NCBI GenBank assembly: GCA_900617105.1
Contig: UYFQ01000561.1
Coordinates: 1 to 64,000, forward strand
Length of the DNA stretch: 64,000 nucleotides
Direction of reading: 5' to 3'
DNA from: Hydrurus foetidus
Taxonomy: Eukaryota
Part shown: positions 51,622 to 64,000 of the stretch, in pieces
Layout: every line of letters begins with the position of its first letter
How positions within the stretch are numbered: the stretch's first letter is position 1
The notes under the pieces: model-generated
Seen by the model: only the letters and a program-made list of their open reading frames with translations
The model's database searches: none
Told to the model about the DNA's origin: nothing
Translations under genes and position numbers: made by a program

Positions 51622-52724
51622 TATTTAGATGGGCCATAGTACTCATACCTGTGAGTCCTTTGTTGGTCTACCGAATGATAGATATCTTCCAAGTTTATTT
51701 CGTGCGAAGCAAATCAAGGCTACATCAACAAATAAAGGCTTTTCCTAATCCTGACCGCCCCCCAGCCGTTCTAATCCTAACTGAAACCAGATGAAAAACG
51801 TCATGACCTCTGCGTGATCACCCAAAGTCCCCATTATGACATTCCAAAAAAAAGTAGAAATAAAAGCGCAGCATAATGAAATTGGAAATTAGTATTGCGC
51901 ACCTATTCAAGTACGACTTCCATGAAATTGTAGGTCAATCTTTAGTTTAGAGTGTCAAATCCATATTTTAGTACAGCTGTGTTTTGATAAATTTTTCAGG
52001 ATTTTAGTACAGAATCTATGTTATAGTATTTTTTTCCAGATTTTAGTATGTCCATATATATGCCCCATCACTCACACGCCATGATGCGTACGGTAACACT
52101 GGAGGAATGAGGTTTCGCAGATGAAGGCTCATATTTTAATGGCGACTGTTCCAATGTTTTAAATGCGCTGCCGCATGCAGAATAGGAGAGGGTGGGCTGA
52201 AAGCTAGCTGCAAAAGTTGAGGGCTTTATTTGTGAAGGAAAGGCATGTTCTTGAATATTAATCGTTACGAAAGAATGTCTACCATGATCAAGGTCCAGTA
52301 GCTATATAGATACTATCCTGTCGGTATGGAAGCAAGTAGAGCGACATCCCGTACAATTCTGAAAGGAAATTGTTTTATTTCTAATTTCTATGTCAACAAC
52401 AACATCTGACGCGCTAAGTGACTGAGTTTGTCGAAGATAAAACAAATAAATTAGATAGCTCAAGATTGAGGGGGCATAAATTATGTTTTGTAATCGGTCT
52501 TAGCTAGTACGTTAAACACGAGAAGAAAATCATTTTTTGAAGAGCACTTTTCGTATTTCGTATTTTGTATTTTGTCTCGACCACAAGTATTTGGAACAGT
52601 ATCATTGCTCCTTCTGCTCCTCACTAAGAGTTTAGTTCACTAAGGAGTAGAGACTTGTGGCAACGGCGCAGTGCATGACGTTATTTCAAGTCTCCTACCG
52701 TTTCTGTGGTAAATAACTTCTGCC

Positions 52725-55700
52725 ATGTCGAAACTGATAAAAATGAGGGGCGGAACCTCTCTTATCACTCTTAGCAACGGACCTCTCAACGTTCTATCGC
52801 ACAGTCTGAGGAAGGAGCTGATGAGCAACCTGGAGAGAGCATATGCAGAAAAGCCTAATGCGATTCTTCTGGCCGGAGATGGAAATCACTTTTCAGCTGG
52901 CCTTGATATTAGAGAACTCAATAGAAAAGAGGAGAGCCCTACAGTCCGGGAAATAGTTACCTACTTAGATACTTTCAAGGTACCCTTGATTGCCAGCATT
53001 CATGGATCTTGTCTATCAACAGCCCTTGAGACAGTCCTAGCGTGCCATTGGCGTGTAGCTGATAAGAGCGTTCGATTAGGATTCCAGGAGAGTCTTATCG
53101 GAGTAATGCCAGGTATTGTTGAAGTCACAACTAAACAGGAGTATCATGTCTTCGTACTCAATAAAGGCCGCTAAGCATTACGTCTATTGCTCATTATTGA
53201 TCGTATGACCCTCGAGAAAGTCCCTCGAAATGCTGTATTGTTTTGACCTGGACATTACATCATGATCTGATCTGAGCTGTACAGTTACTGAAACAAAACA
53301 AAGCACTGGCTCCTAAATAATCTTAATCTTAATAATGTAGGCGCTGGAGGAACGCAGCGTTTTCCTCGTATTGTTGGCACTAAATTGGCTAAATTGAGTA
53401 TAACAGACAGCAGACTGTATAGACCGGATTACTGCCTTGTTCACGGTATTTTCGATAAAATAATACCCATATGTGGCCATTCTGGTAAACTTACTGAGGA
53501 AACTTTAGATTTTGCTCTGTCTGAAGTTGTTCAGGGTGTCTCAGTAGAGAGCAGAAGAGTTTCGAGTTGGCCTCCTACTCACGACACAAAATTCGATTCC
53601 GCTGAAGAAGTTGTTAACGGACTGGGAGATAAACAAAAAAGAGCTATTTTCAATGCAGTAAATGCGGCAGTTACTTCCAATTCTTTCGAAGAAGGAATGG
53701 AAATAGAAGCGAGACTTTTAGCGGAAATTTCAAAACCATCCGAAACGAGAGGAACGCAATATTTCTACTTTAATACAAGAAGATTTGCTAATTTCCATAA
53801 ACATCGCACTAACTCCGTCATATTGGGGAAAGCTATTCCGTTTCTACAAACCGTTAAGCCGCCTTCAATTTATCCTACGGAATTGCAGAATATTATTCCT
53901 AAGAAATTCGTTAATTCCGTTATTGTCGGCGGGTCAGACGAAGCAGTTATGATCGCCAAGATGTTTATTTTGAATGGAATAGATTCTACTATGCTTGTGG
54001 TAAGTCCACCCCATTTTTTCATTTGTATTTTTATTGCTTTTTTCAATTTTGTTCAATTTTGCTACCCCCTGTTATCAAATGACCTCATGCACTTCACTGT
54101 ATACCATTTTGACGAAATACTATCTCTAATGATACGGTATATTAATTTAGTGAATGTTGTCTCACTCTTACCACACTGTGATGGGTAGACCGTTCATCAT
54201 AAAGAAATGTCTTGCTCATTTTCTATGATGGGATGTCGTCTCTTTTTCTTTTTTGAGTACTTCAAGTACGTGTGACATTTTGACGTACGTGACAAGAATG
54301 TAAAAGCTGGATTTTCCTTTCTGCATTTAACGGATCTTGCACTGCTGATTCCATATCGCCCGATTGTTAGTGCATACTCAAAGTACGTTTTTTATTTTCA
54401 TTGCTGATTCGATCCACTTTAATTCAATGCTGGACACACATCTATAAACGACAATACACAGGCACTTTTTACAGTCAGTGTGTGTATTGTCGTTTATAGC
54501 TGTGGGTCCAGTATGAAATTAAGTTAGTCAGATCAGCGATGAAACACGTGACCTCAACTCGACATTACTGACACTGTTGAACTATTAATATTGCAATTGA
54601 TGATCGCTGCCTCTACGATCGAATACTATCAGACCATGTACTTTTCTCTCTGTATTTTGAAACGCTGTTACTTATTTGTCCTGCTAAATATAATGAAACA
54701 CGAATTCCTTTGATCGCAATAATTGTTATCACTGAAATCAATTACAGCACAGTGCACAGAAGTACTGTTTAACACATTGACATTATTCCTGATATCTTTA
54801 TGTTTTCTATTAGCCAAATCAAGCCGAAGCGACAGTGATGCTTGCCCTGATCAAAAAGATTTTTCAAAGCTTTTCAAACAACGAGAAGAAGAAAACGATC
54901 AAAGGAACAATAAGAGTATCAACAAATTTCAATTCGATAAAGTTGGCAGATTTAATATTTCACCCAACAGCCTTGTACGACGACAATGATTACGATGATA
55001 AGCAGTATCTGTTAAGACCTTCTAATGTGCCTAATTTTGAAGAAATTAACTCTTTGCGAGGGCCTGATTCGATCATGGTGGTTGGAATGATGACGTACGG
55101 ACCGACTTTAGAACAACATGTAGAGCCGTATGATAACAAGGCCAGCGTTGTTGGAGCAAGTAAGTGTAGTGTAGTGTGGTATAGTGCAGTGTAGTAGTGT
55201 AGTGTAGTGTAGTGTAGTGTAGTGAAGTGTAGTGTGGTGTGGTATAAAGCAGTACAGTAAGGTGTAGTGTAATGCAGTGTAGCATAGTGCAGTGCAGTGC
55301 AGTGCAGTGTAGTACAAGAAGGCTATTATGCATAAAAGTACGTGTGTGCATAAGTACGCACTTCTGTTGTGTGTATTTGTGCACATGTTTGTATGTAAGT
55401 ATGAACGCATTTATATATATATGGGTGTATGCTGTGTGTTGTCTATGCGTCTTCTAGTGGAGCACTTTTCATTGCAGCTGTGGAGTATGAGAACGTTCTG
55501 ACGAATTTCACGAATTGAATATGAATACGGTATCTTAAATCTGATTTTGATATTTGACAGTATCAGACATTGTCAATGCATACACATACGTGTGTCACAT
55601 GACTTGATTAATTACCTTTATTTTTTAGCATCTAATTCACTAATCCTTTTTTGTACTATTTTTTTGTTTTTTTAGGTTTTTTCTTCCCGGATGTTATCCG

Positions 55701-56205
55701 GAATATGGTTGAAGTGTACCCAAGCGCGTCAACAGATGCGACAACAGTAGTCAGTTTGATGAATCTTTTAGATCGGTGTGGCAAATGTCCAGTCCTAACC
55801 GGCACTTCAGAGGGGTATCTTGGGTATCGCTTAATGGACTCCATGATCAAAGAGGCCTTTTTCCTAGTGCAAGAAGGGGTGACGCCAATTCGGCTTGACA
55901 GGATTGTCAGAAAGAGATTAGGAATGAGGGGTCCGTTTGATTTTCTTTGCAATAGAGGTTTGAAGAATGCACTCTCCTACGGCTTGGCTAGAACGCAGCT
56001 TGAATTTTCCGCTTATAAAGAAGAATTAGTGCGCCTTGAGAACAATCCTGAAGAGGTGTTCAAGCCTCAACCGGGTAAGCTCTATTTCTCTTCCTCCTAC
56101 TGCTCCTATTTCTCCTCCCCTCCCTTGGTATCTTGACTTTTTGTGTTTTTGTATTTATTGAATGTGTCTCATCCTTTAGCTTCTCCTAGTACACTGACTC
56201 TCCCT

Positions 56206-56262
<57 letters not shown>

Positions 56263-56279
56263 ATCTCTGTCTGTCTCTT

Positions 56280-56317
<38 letters not shown>

Positions 56318-58403
56318 ACTCATATCTATCTCATATTTGCTTTCATCCCACACTCACTCTCTCTCTTTCTCTGTCCCTGCCTCCCTCTATTCATCTTCTC
56401 ATCTCTTTCTTTTTTAATTATTTTTCTGCTCTCCTCCTTTTCTCATTTTTCCTCTTTTTTTCATGTCTTTTACTTATTCTCTCAGGATCTCTCCCTGAGA
56501 GACAGAACCCAGACCCAGAAGTGGAATCTGCTCCAATCAAAAAATCCCCTATTACCCTCGATTCTTGGTGTCCAGAACTTCTTAACCGGATGTTTTACAT
56601 CGAGGGTCCCATTATCACTCCGTCAGATTGTCTGTCAGTGGAGGCTGTTAAGATCATCGGAAACTACAGACGAGCATATGTGAGTAATCTTTGTTAAGGA
56701 TGTTGCAATCAGTTGTCAGTGTTTGATATTGTACCATATTATGTTAACAAATAGGAGTAGATGCTGCCCTTCTATCTTTTTTACCCCTCTTTTACATCAT
56801 CCTCTCCCCTGTTTTCTCCCGTATATGATGCTCTAGCTCATACTCCATCTTGCACTCTAACCTATTGTCTATCATACATCTCTCCTCCTTCTCTATTTTA
56901 CACCCTACTTTAAAGTCCATCCTGTTCTTCAACCTGAACTTCATCTTATCCTTTATTTTCCTTTTCTGCAAACTCCATTTTCCTCTCTAACTTGTACGTC
57001 TTGTACTCTATTTTATACTCCACCTCACTAACCCTATTCCTCCAACCTCCCTTCCTCCCCCAACCCCACTCTCCCCCTCCCCCTCCCCCATCGCAACATA
57101 CAGCCTGCAAAGCCGAGAGAGATAACGGATGACGAGATATTCGACCGCCTGTATTTCTCCCTAGTGAATGACGCCCTCATGATGTTGGACGAGGGCGTTG
57201 CACTGAGTGCTGATGACATCGACTTGACCTACACGAGAGGCCTCTCGTTAAATAGCAGATTAGGAGGACTACTGTAAGTACCGTATCTTGTTCAGAATGT
57301 GTCACTGCTTTTTGTTGCTGCATTGCATAGTGAGTGTAGATGGTGAGGATTGTTAGGAATGGATGCTTTTCGTAGCGCTTAGAGCGCGTGACTATTGTTA
57401 GTACCGTGTGATACGCAAGATGTGTCACCATTTTAAGTGCCTATACTGTATTTTAATTGTTAGTCCTGTATTATATGTAGAATGTATGATTATTGTGAGT
57501 ATTGTATATAGTGAGAATGTTTACAACTGTGACTGGTGTTCAGAGTCTATGACTATCACTGCAAGGAACAATAAAAATGCTCGATAATTGTGCGGAGTGT
57601 TTAGAATGTGATGTGTAGTAAATGTGATAGTATAGCAAATGTGTAGAATGTATTCCATATCCAACAGTGTCTAGAATGCGTGATTACAGTCGGGAGTACG
57701 TAGAATGTATGATCATTGTGAATATTGTATTGACTTAAAATGTGTAACGGTAGGAACGTGTTCACGTATTTAGTATATAATCCGTAACCTCTATAGAATA
57801 ATATCAGTGTGACGCCTGTAGAAGGCTGCATAGCATCTGTGAATCAATAGGAATATTATTTGAAATAATTAAGTAGGAACAGTAAATGATATCGTAAATT
57901 TTAATAGTACAGGAATGAATGATGATATGACAGGAGATGAGTGTATCGCTTCGAGTGCCAGTACAAGTAACTGATCTCGATGAAAGTGACTCCATTTTAT
58001 TATGATACTATACATCACCGTTTGCAGTTGTGATCACCTAATTAGTGCAATGTAAACCACTGTAAAGTATTTTCTTCTACCTCTTACTGTATTTCCTACT
58101 CTAATACACTTTCATTATATTTGCTGTTATTTAAGATTTCACGCAGAGCACACTGTTGGCCTGCCCAAAATATACAAGGCGCTGAAGACATATCACGAGA
58201 CACACTCGGAGAGATACTGGCTAAAGCCAAGCAAACTTCTCATCAGTGTGATCGAGTCGCAGGCTACGTTGAAGGAAGAAATGTATTTTAGAAAACAAAA
58301 TAAACTAGAAATACAAAAGCAAAAGGAAGTATTAGAAAAAGCAGCAAAAGAAAAAGCAGAAATTGAAAAAGAAGAAACGGTTACTCAGACGGATTCAGCT
58401 TGA
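52725..58403 (+). CDS. Enoyl-CoA hydratase / 3-hydroxyacyl-CoA dehydrogenase multifunctional-type protein with a degenerate dehydrogenase domain
   Basis: Crotonase motifs FSAGLDI, ALETVLACHWR and GFQESLIGVMPGAGGTQRFPRIVG. HADH-like C-terminal parts EGYLGYRL, LGMRGPF and ITDDEIFDRLYFSLVND...DDID. About 7 exons; stop at 58401-58403. Confidence 0.8.
54396..54544. repeat. ~150-bp fold-back (hairpin) element in an intron
   Basis: Perfect 19-bp inverted pair at 54442-54460 / 54481-54499, extending imperfectly to TTTCATTGCTGAT / ATCAGCGATGAAA. Confidence 0.8.
55160..55315. repeat. (GTAGT/GCAGT)n pentamer tract starting at an intron donor
   Basis: Begins GTAAGTGTAGTGTAGTG; 5-nt period. Confidence 0.9.
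56200..56316. repeat. (CT)n microsatellites in an intron
   Basis: Two long CT runs, read directly. Confidence 0.95.
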
Positions 58404-59262
58404 TAAATAGAATAACATTTTTGAATTGAATTGATTGGGAGAACAAGAGACAGAGTAGCTTTTCTTGCTGTAGATACGTAGCTGTAAGTAAATACCAAAC
58501 ATAGCATACGACCTTCCAACGATCAAACTGACATGCCATCAATACTAAATAATCAGACTTCCCTACTATATACAAAATTTTGCCGCTACATTATCGTCCC
58601 TTTTTCTATAACGTACGGAGACGAACAGGCTCAATCATCTTCTGTACATCAAATCAGCGAGAACCCGTAAGAAGTATCTGAGGATCAAGGGAGGAGTGCA
58701 TAATTTAAAACTAAGTGTAAAAGTCAGACGTAGGCAGCACACCGCCATTGATGGGGAGGGAGAACCCAGCCCCAACTGAGCCGTCTTGGAGACCCACCCT
58801 TTTCATCTGATCCTAACCCTACTGTAATTTCAATTCTTCATGCCATGGAGACACTACTCACATTCCTTGTCTTTCTCTTCCGTCTTACTCATCCTATCTC
58901 TATCCGTTGTTACAGAGATGAATTCACTTCACTTTCCTCTCCCTACTTTACCATTGATAACAAGCGTTACAAGATACAAGAGACCAATGCATTTTTTTTC
59001 AAAGAATGTTAGACCGACTCTTTCGGAGATGTCAGAGTTTGTAAGAAATGATCAGCACAAGATGCATCTGTAGCAGTACAATCCCTTTGCTTGATGGAGT
59101 AAACTTAAACGATTGTTGGGCAAGTAGATATGTGTAATTAATCTCATACTGTACAAGATAATAACAAGAATAAAATAGTTTCGTTTTTCTAGCACATGCA
59201 TCTGTGATGAAAGCTTTCTATTCAGTACTGCTGTCTATGCAATAGGAAAGTCCATTCTTCTA

Positions 59263-59699
59263 TTAACGTAGATCTTTGTCCTTTCTACTGTTGAACTTGG
59301 AGCCCATTATTTCCTCATTTTTCCGCTGCTCTGCAATAGCCTGTCATATAATAGTAATATTCTTATTGATTGTCCTTCAAGTTTCAAAATAATCTGTATG
59401 TAGATCAATTAAGTCTGACATACCTCTTCTCCTGGTTTCAGAAGGACTGGGATGGCAGCAGTGAAGATGACCAGGACTGCTCCGAGAGGAAGAGCCCAAG
59501 AAGGTGCGGCAACAGCGCCGTATTGGTAGTCATCTGCCTTTTCGGCAACTTCTATTGCTGTGATAATGATAGAGTTCATGTCGAAAGCGGAAACTGGCTT
59601 CATGATTGCTCGTGTCCGTAATGGGGCAAAAGCAGAGCAATGTTGAAGTTGCGCGAAAGCCAATATAAGAAGGCTGCTGATGCAAGCAAAGGAATTCAT
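59263..59699 (-). CDS. Small plastid-targeted single-pass membrane protein of unknown function, 2 exons
   Basis: Signal peptide MNSFACISSLLILAFAQLQHCSA followed by FAP (ASAFAP-type motif), one hydrophobic helix WALPLGAVLVIFTAAIPVLL and a charged tail. Exons 59699-59424 and 59340-59263. Confidence 0.8.
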
Positions 59700-60323
59700 T
59701 TTTTGGAAAACAGTCAAAAATCCTCTGGATAACTTGTAAGAAATGGAAAAGACGCTGCTTGTAGAGTTGATCTGCAAGAGAAGAGAAGCAGTTTGAAGTT
59801 ACTGCTTTCAAACTCTCCAAACTTGCAACAAAGTTCTGCTCGAACATCACGATTTACGATTTACACTTCACACAGTATCATACGGAATGCGGCCAAGCAA
59901 ATTCTCGGCGTTTTCCGGCTTTTTTGCCACTTCTTGAAATTTTGAATTTTGAATTTTTAGTGATGAACGACCCCAGACAACTTTCAACTGTCAACATCAG
60001 AAATCAGAATGCTAACACACGATCATATAATTGTGCAACTGCAGTGGTCAGTACAGTAAGTAGTAATTAGGCATCTCTATTCAAGCCCCTCTTGCAGTGG
60101 TATCGCCATCGCAGCCAAAAATTGCACATGTCGATGTCGACACGACTACAAATCCAATTATGAACAACACCTGATCAAACTTCCCAGGCACCACCTTCCA
60201 ATATCTCCATGAGATAGCTGAAATAAGTTTCCAACGTCAATCTTCCAACTTAGTTCGCAAATTTCAACAGAATAAAATCCCTGCTGAGAGACTCACACAA
60301 ATTTTGCGCATTCCTATCGAACT

Positions 60324-63102
60324 ATGAGGTCCTCATCTCTCCTTCTTATGCACATCTTTTATGCACTACATCTGTGTGCTTTCGCAATTACACCACAACC
60401 ATGGACATCTTCTGTAGAAGAGAACTCTCATATAAACGCTGGAACGAAGACAAACAGTCGGACGACAAACGACAATTTAGACAGTATCAAAATGCAATAT
60501 GAGTCTTCTGATTCCATCTCGATTATCCGTCCAGCTCAATCTCAGTTACGATCTGCATCATCCGAATCAACACTAGAAGTCGCCACACTCCCTCCAGTCT
60601 CTTCGCCTTTGATAAACTACTTGGTCGTAGCACGCTATACTGACAATTCATGCAGAGACTTAGTGTATGCTGGATCACATCTGTTGAATTCGTGTTACAA
60701 GGACTTCTCAAGCTACTTCGTAATTTACACTGCCAGCCAAGACCTCTATTCCTTCACATACTATTTCGACTCAGCATGCTCAAAGCCTGTAGGAGCAACG
60801 TCATCAGTGAATTATAAAACGACATGCACGGAATCGTATTTGTCGTACGTCAGTGACAGTAGTGTTCCTCCTTCTTATGCTCTCATGGCAAGTCGCAGGT
60901 AAGATTTTTATCTTATCGAAAATATTGGTCATAAGAAAAGGAAAAGTAGTGAGAACAAGGAGATACAAGATGATAAGATGCGATGCTATATGACATGCTG
61001 TACTGCAATATAACGTGATGTTGTACAACGCAATTTGATAGAATGTACGTAGTTTCACATTACATTAGACAACATTGCCTTACATCACATCATATTGTGT
61101 TTATCCTCTTTTCATTCGTCACCCTAATCCATCACTTCTCTCTATCCGTCTCTACTGATATTTACAGTCACACAACTGATGTGTAACTCACTCAGCACTC
61201 ACCAATTAGACCATACTAACAGTTTTGACGAACAGCAAATAAACTAACATTTTCAATCTCTACTGCTGCACAGTCTATTCAAGACCAATAATAAAAAATG
61301 CACCTCAACGCTATCACGTGCAACGTATACCGCATTTGATGTGTGTATCAAAGAAATTCAAGTCAAAGTATCTGTCAACGGTAAGTTCCAATTTTTCTGA
61401 ATTTAAATTGATGTTCATTGACTGTACGATGTTTCTTATTTTTTACGTGGTTATTTTTTTCTGTTGTTTTACGTACAGTAATTGATAGATTGTAATCAAC
61501 TTTTGTACAAATGAACACAAGCTGTGCTGTGAAATATGTAGTATACGTATGCAGTAAGTAACGTGATAAAAGTGTGTGAAATAACATACCACAACACAGA
61601 TGTATTTTTTTCCTATCAGATGCGATGAAGTGACAAGTCTGTACATTCTGTTGAAATAAACTCCTGGTACTTATTCCGTATTCATGAACATCAATTCTAA
61701 CTCTATCCACGCACATGAATTCTTCTTACACTTCGTCCCCCACACCTATCTACATTTATCAACACTCATCCGCTACACTTATCTGCAATATCCCTCTCAC
61801 TTATCCCTCATCTGCACTTCCCCTTACACTCTCTCCCTTACACTCTCTCCCTTACACTCTACACTTTCACTTAATAGGAGAAAAGGGAATCTGGAGTTCA
61901 TTTACAAAGCCTGACTGCACCGGTGTAAGATCATCTTTCAACTTCACTCCCGGTCTTTGCTACGACGATTTCAAAATTCAAGTCATGCAGATAACAACTC
62001 CTGGAGAGACTTCTATTTCAACGCCAAAAAATAAAGACGATGTCAAAAATTGCTTCGCTGGATCCGAGACCGTCAAGTTGGAATCGGGAGAAGATAGACA
62101 GATTTCACAAATTGTTGCAGGTGACAGAGTGTTATCAGCTGATGTAAAGGGAAGATTATCTTTCTCTGAGGTGGTGTTTGTGCCACACAGTGCAAACAGA
62201 GACAGTGCTGTGTTCGTGCACATCACCACTGCTAGCGGTCGAGACATCAAGATGACGAAGAGTCACGTGCTTCCAGCAGGTGCATGCGGCTCGTCCTCAC
62301 CGCTGCCTCTCAAGCATGCATCGCAGGTGGCGGTGAGTGACTGCGTGACGACAGTCACAGGAGAGGAGAGAGTGTTGTCTGTAGGGACCATCCTGGCTGA
62401 AGGACTGTATACCGTCGTCACGAAGGAAGAGTTCGTTGTTGTGAACGGAATCATCGCATCACCATTCGCACACAACCACGCACTTGGCAACCTGTACTAC
62501 CACATTCATCGCTTCCTCTACGACACAGCTCCTTACCTGCTGCTCTCTCCGTTCTTCGGGACACTCAATGAGGTCAGCACTGTAGACCAAACGAATCTTG
62601 TCCGCTCCTATCGAGTGCAGTGCTGTTTTTCTGTCTGTCTTTGTATTCTGTTTTTTGTTTTACATTCGTGATGACTGTGTATGGTGCAACACTGTGAAAT
62701 ATTGTGCGAAATTATACCATTACACGTTCGATGAGTAGCGATGTGTTACGTTGTGCTGCAATATGATGAATGTGTCATGAAGTTGTAGGCCACTCTTTTC
62801 ACTTCACCAAACTTATCCTGTCTCCACTGACCTCTCTCTATTTCTGTTCGCCCTTCTCTTTCACTAACAAACGCACTCTTTCTCTCTCTTTCTCGGTCAA
62901 TCTGACTCATGAGGCCAACTCTGCACTCTTCATCTCCATTGAAACATCCCCCAATCTGTCCATCCCATTTCACAGCGGGACCGACAGACTGACCAATATC
63001 CACCACTCAATCTCTATCTCCATCTAAATTCATTTCTATTTCTATCCCTTCTAATTACAGGCTATGGGTGTCCTGCCACATCTCACCGGCTATACCGTGT
63101 AA
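60324..63102 (+). CDS. Secreted Hint (Hedgehog/intein, Hog-type) domain protein, 4 exons
   Basis: Signal peptide and a Cys/Tyr/Ser-rich N-terminal region, then CFAGSETV...VAGDRVLS...MTKSH...GLYTVVT...VVNGIIASPF and an amphipathic tail. Exons 60324-60898, 61273-61380, 61878-62572, 63061-63102. Confidence 0.9.
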
Positions 63103-64000
63103 CGGCTTCTTGATGCCGTAAAACAATCCTACCACTCGACACCGTCTACACTACACTTATTCAAATACACGAGAAAAACGAAAAATGTGGAATTTAAATG
63201 TTCGAATTATGTAGACTGATATGATATAAGAAAATATGATGAAACGTTGGTTTGATTTACGATAAACATTTAGACTGCTGGTCAAAGCACGATTGAAACT
63301 AAATATTAGGGAAACAATAGATGCTTAAAATGCCTCCATATCACCAACTGCCACAGACACGCACCCACGCATACTTCCGTACATTTCCTCCATATTCTTC
63401 AATCCTTTATTACCTATTTAAGCGTGTTTACGTTTTACCGCTTACTTGTTTGTTTCATTATTTTACTGAATTGTGCCACTGCTTTCAAAATGTCAGTTTC
63501 CAAATATTATGAAAACGAGAGAATACCTAATATTTGACATTCACGAGACATGTATTTAGTGATATTGCGGAGTAATTGATGCTGTTACATCGATGAGGAA
63601 AGTGATCAATTCTTGGATGAAATTGTAATTCGATGATGATAAAAATAATAGATACAGATGCATTGATTTTTCAAGAAGTTAAGATTGTAAAGAACGTTTT
63701 TCCACTTTGTGGTAATTTTTGTATGTACGAAGTACGTACGTCCTCAGATTCGTGAAATTGAATTATGAGTGGGTGTGAGGGGATGGTGACGTCAATAATC
63801 GATGCAGCAAATACAATGAAATCGCAGCAAATTTGGATGATCTCCGTTGAGAACTTTTACTTTCTTTCCCCCTTCCGCAAAATCGATTTGCTCTATTTCA
63901 ATCTTACTTGATAACAGTTCAGTACAGTCGAGAAAAAGAGAGAAAAGGAGGAAAGGGGAGAAGGTTCTCCTGGCTTGCACTTCAACTGACGCCCAATGTC

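Noticed and set aside
63790..64000. Possible minus-strand exon at the right edge
   Set aside because: Too short and without motifs; it cannot be assessed without the next window.

Overview
Eukaryotic nuclear DNA with many spliceosomal introns. A signal peptide followed by SAFAP points to a plastid-bearing stramenopile (ochrophyte). The first ~5.9 kb is a nest of mobile elements: the 5' part of a probable LTR retrotransposon on the minus strand, a truncated tyrosine-recombinase (DIRS/Crypton-type) gene followed by a highly structured non-coding tail, and an intact 2,978-bp IS630/Tc1/mariner-superfamily transposon. That transposon has perfect 27-bp TIRs, a TA duplication and an unusually long D94D139E catalytic spacing. 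Thirteen host genes follow: an ABCG half-transporter, UBE2W, propionyl-CoA carboxylase alpha, an IQ/TPR protein, an F-box/Kelch protein, a phosducin-like protein, a multi-pass hybrid histidine kinase, an alpha/beta hydrolase, a 5'-nucleotidase, a PG-rich repeat protein, an enoyl-CoA hydratase/HADH-type protein whose dehydrogenase looks inactive, a small plastid-targeted membrane protein, and a secreted Hint-domain protein. Several TA-flanked non-autonomous elements, 5-nt-period repeats in introns and clusters of 7-nt micro-duplications near gene starts are also visible. Exon boundaries were read by eye. No database searches or folding programs were run.
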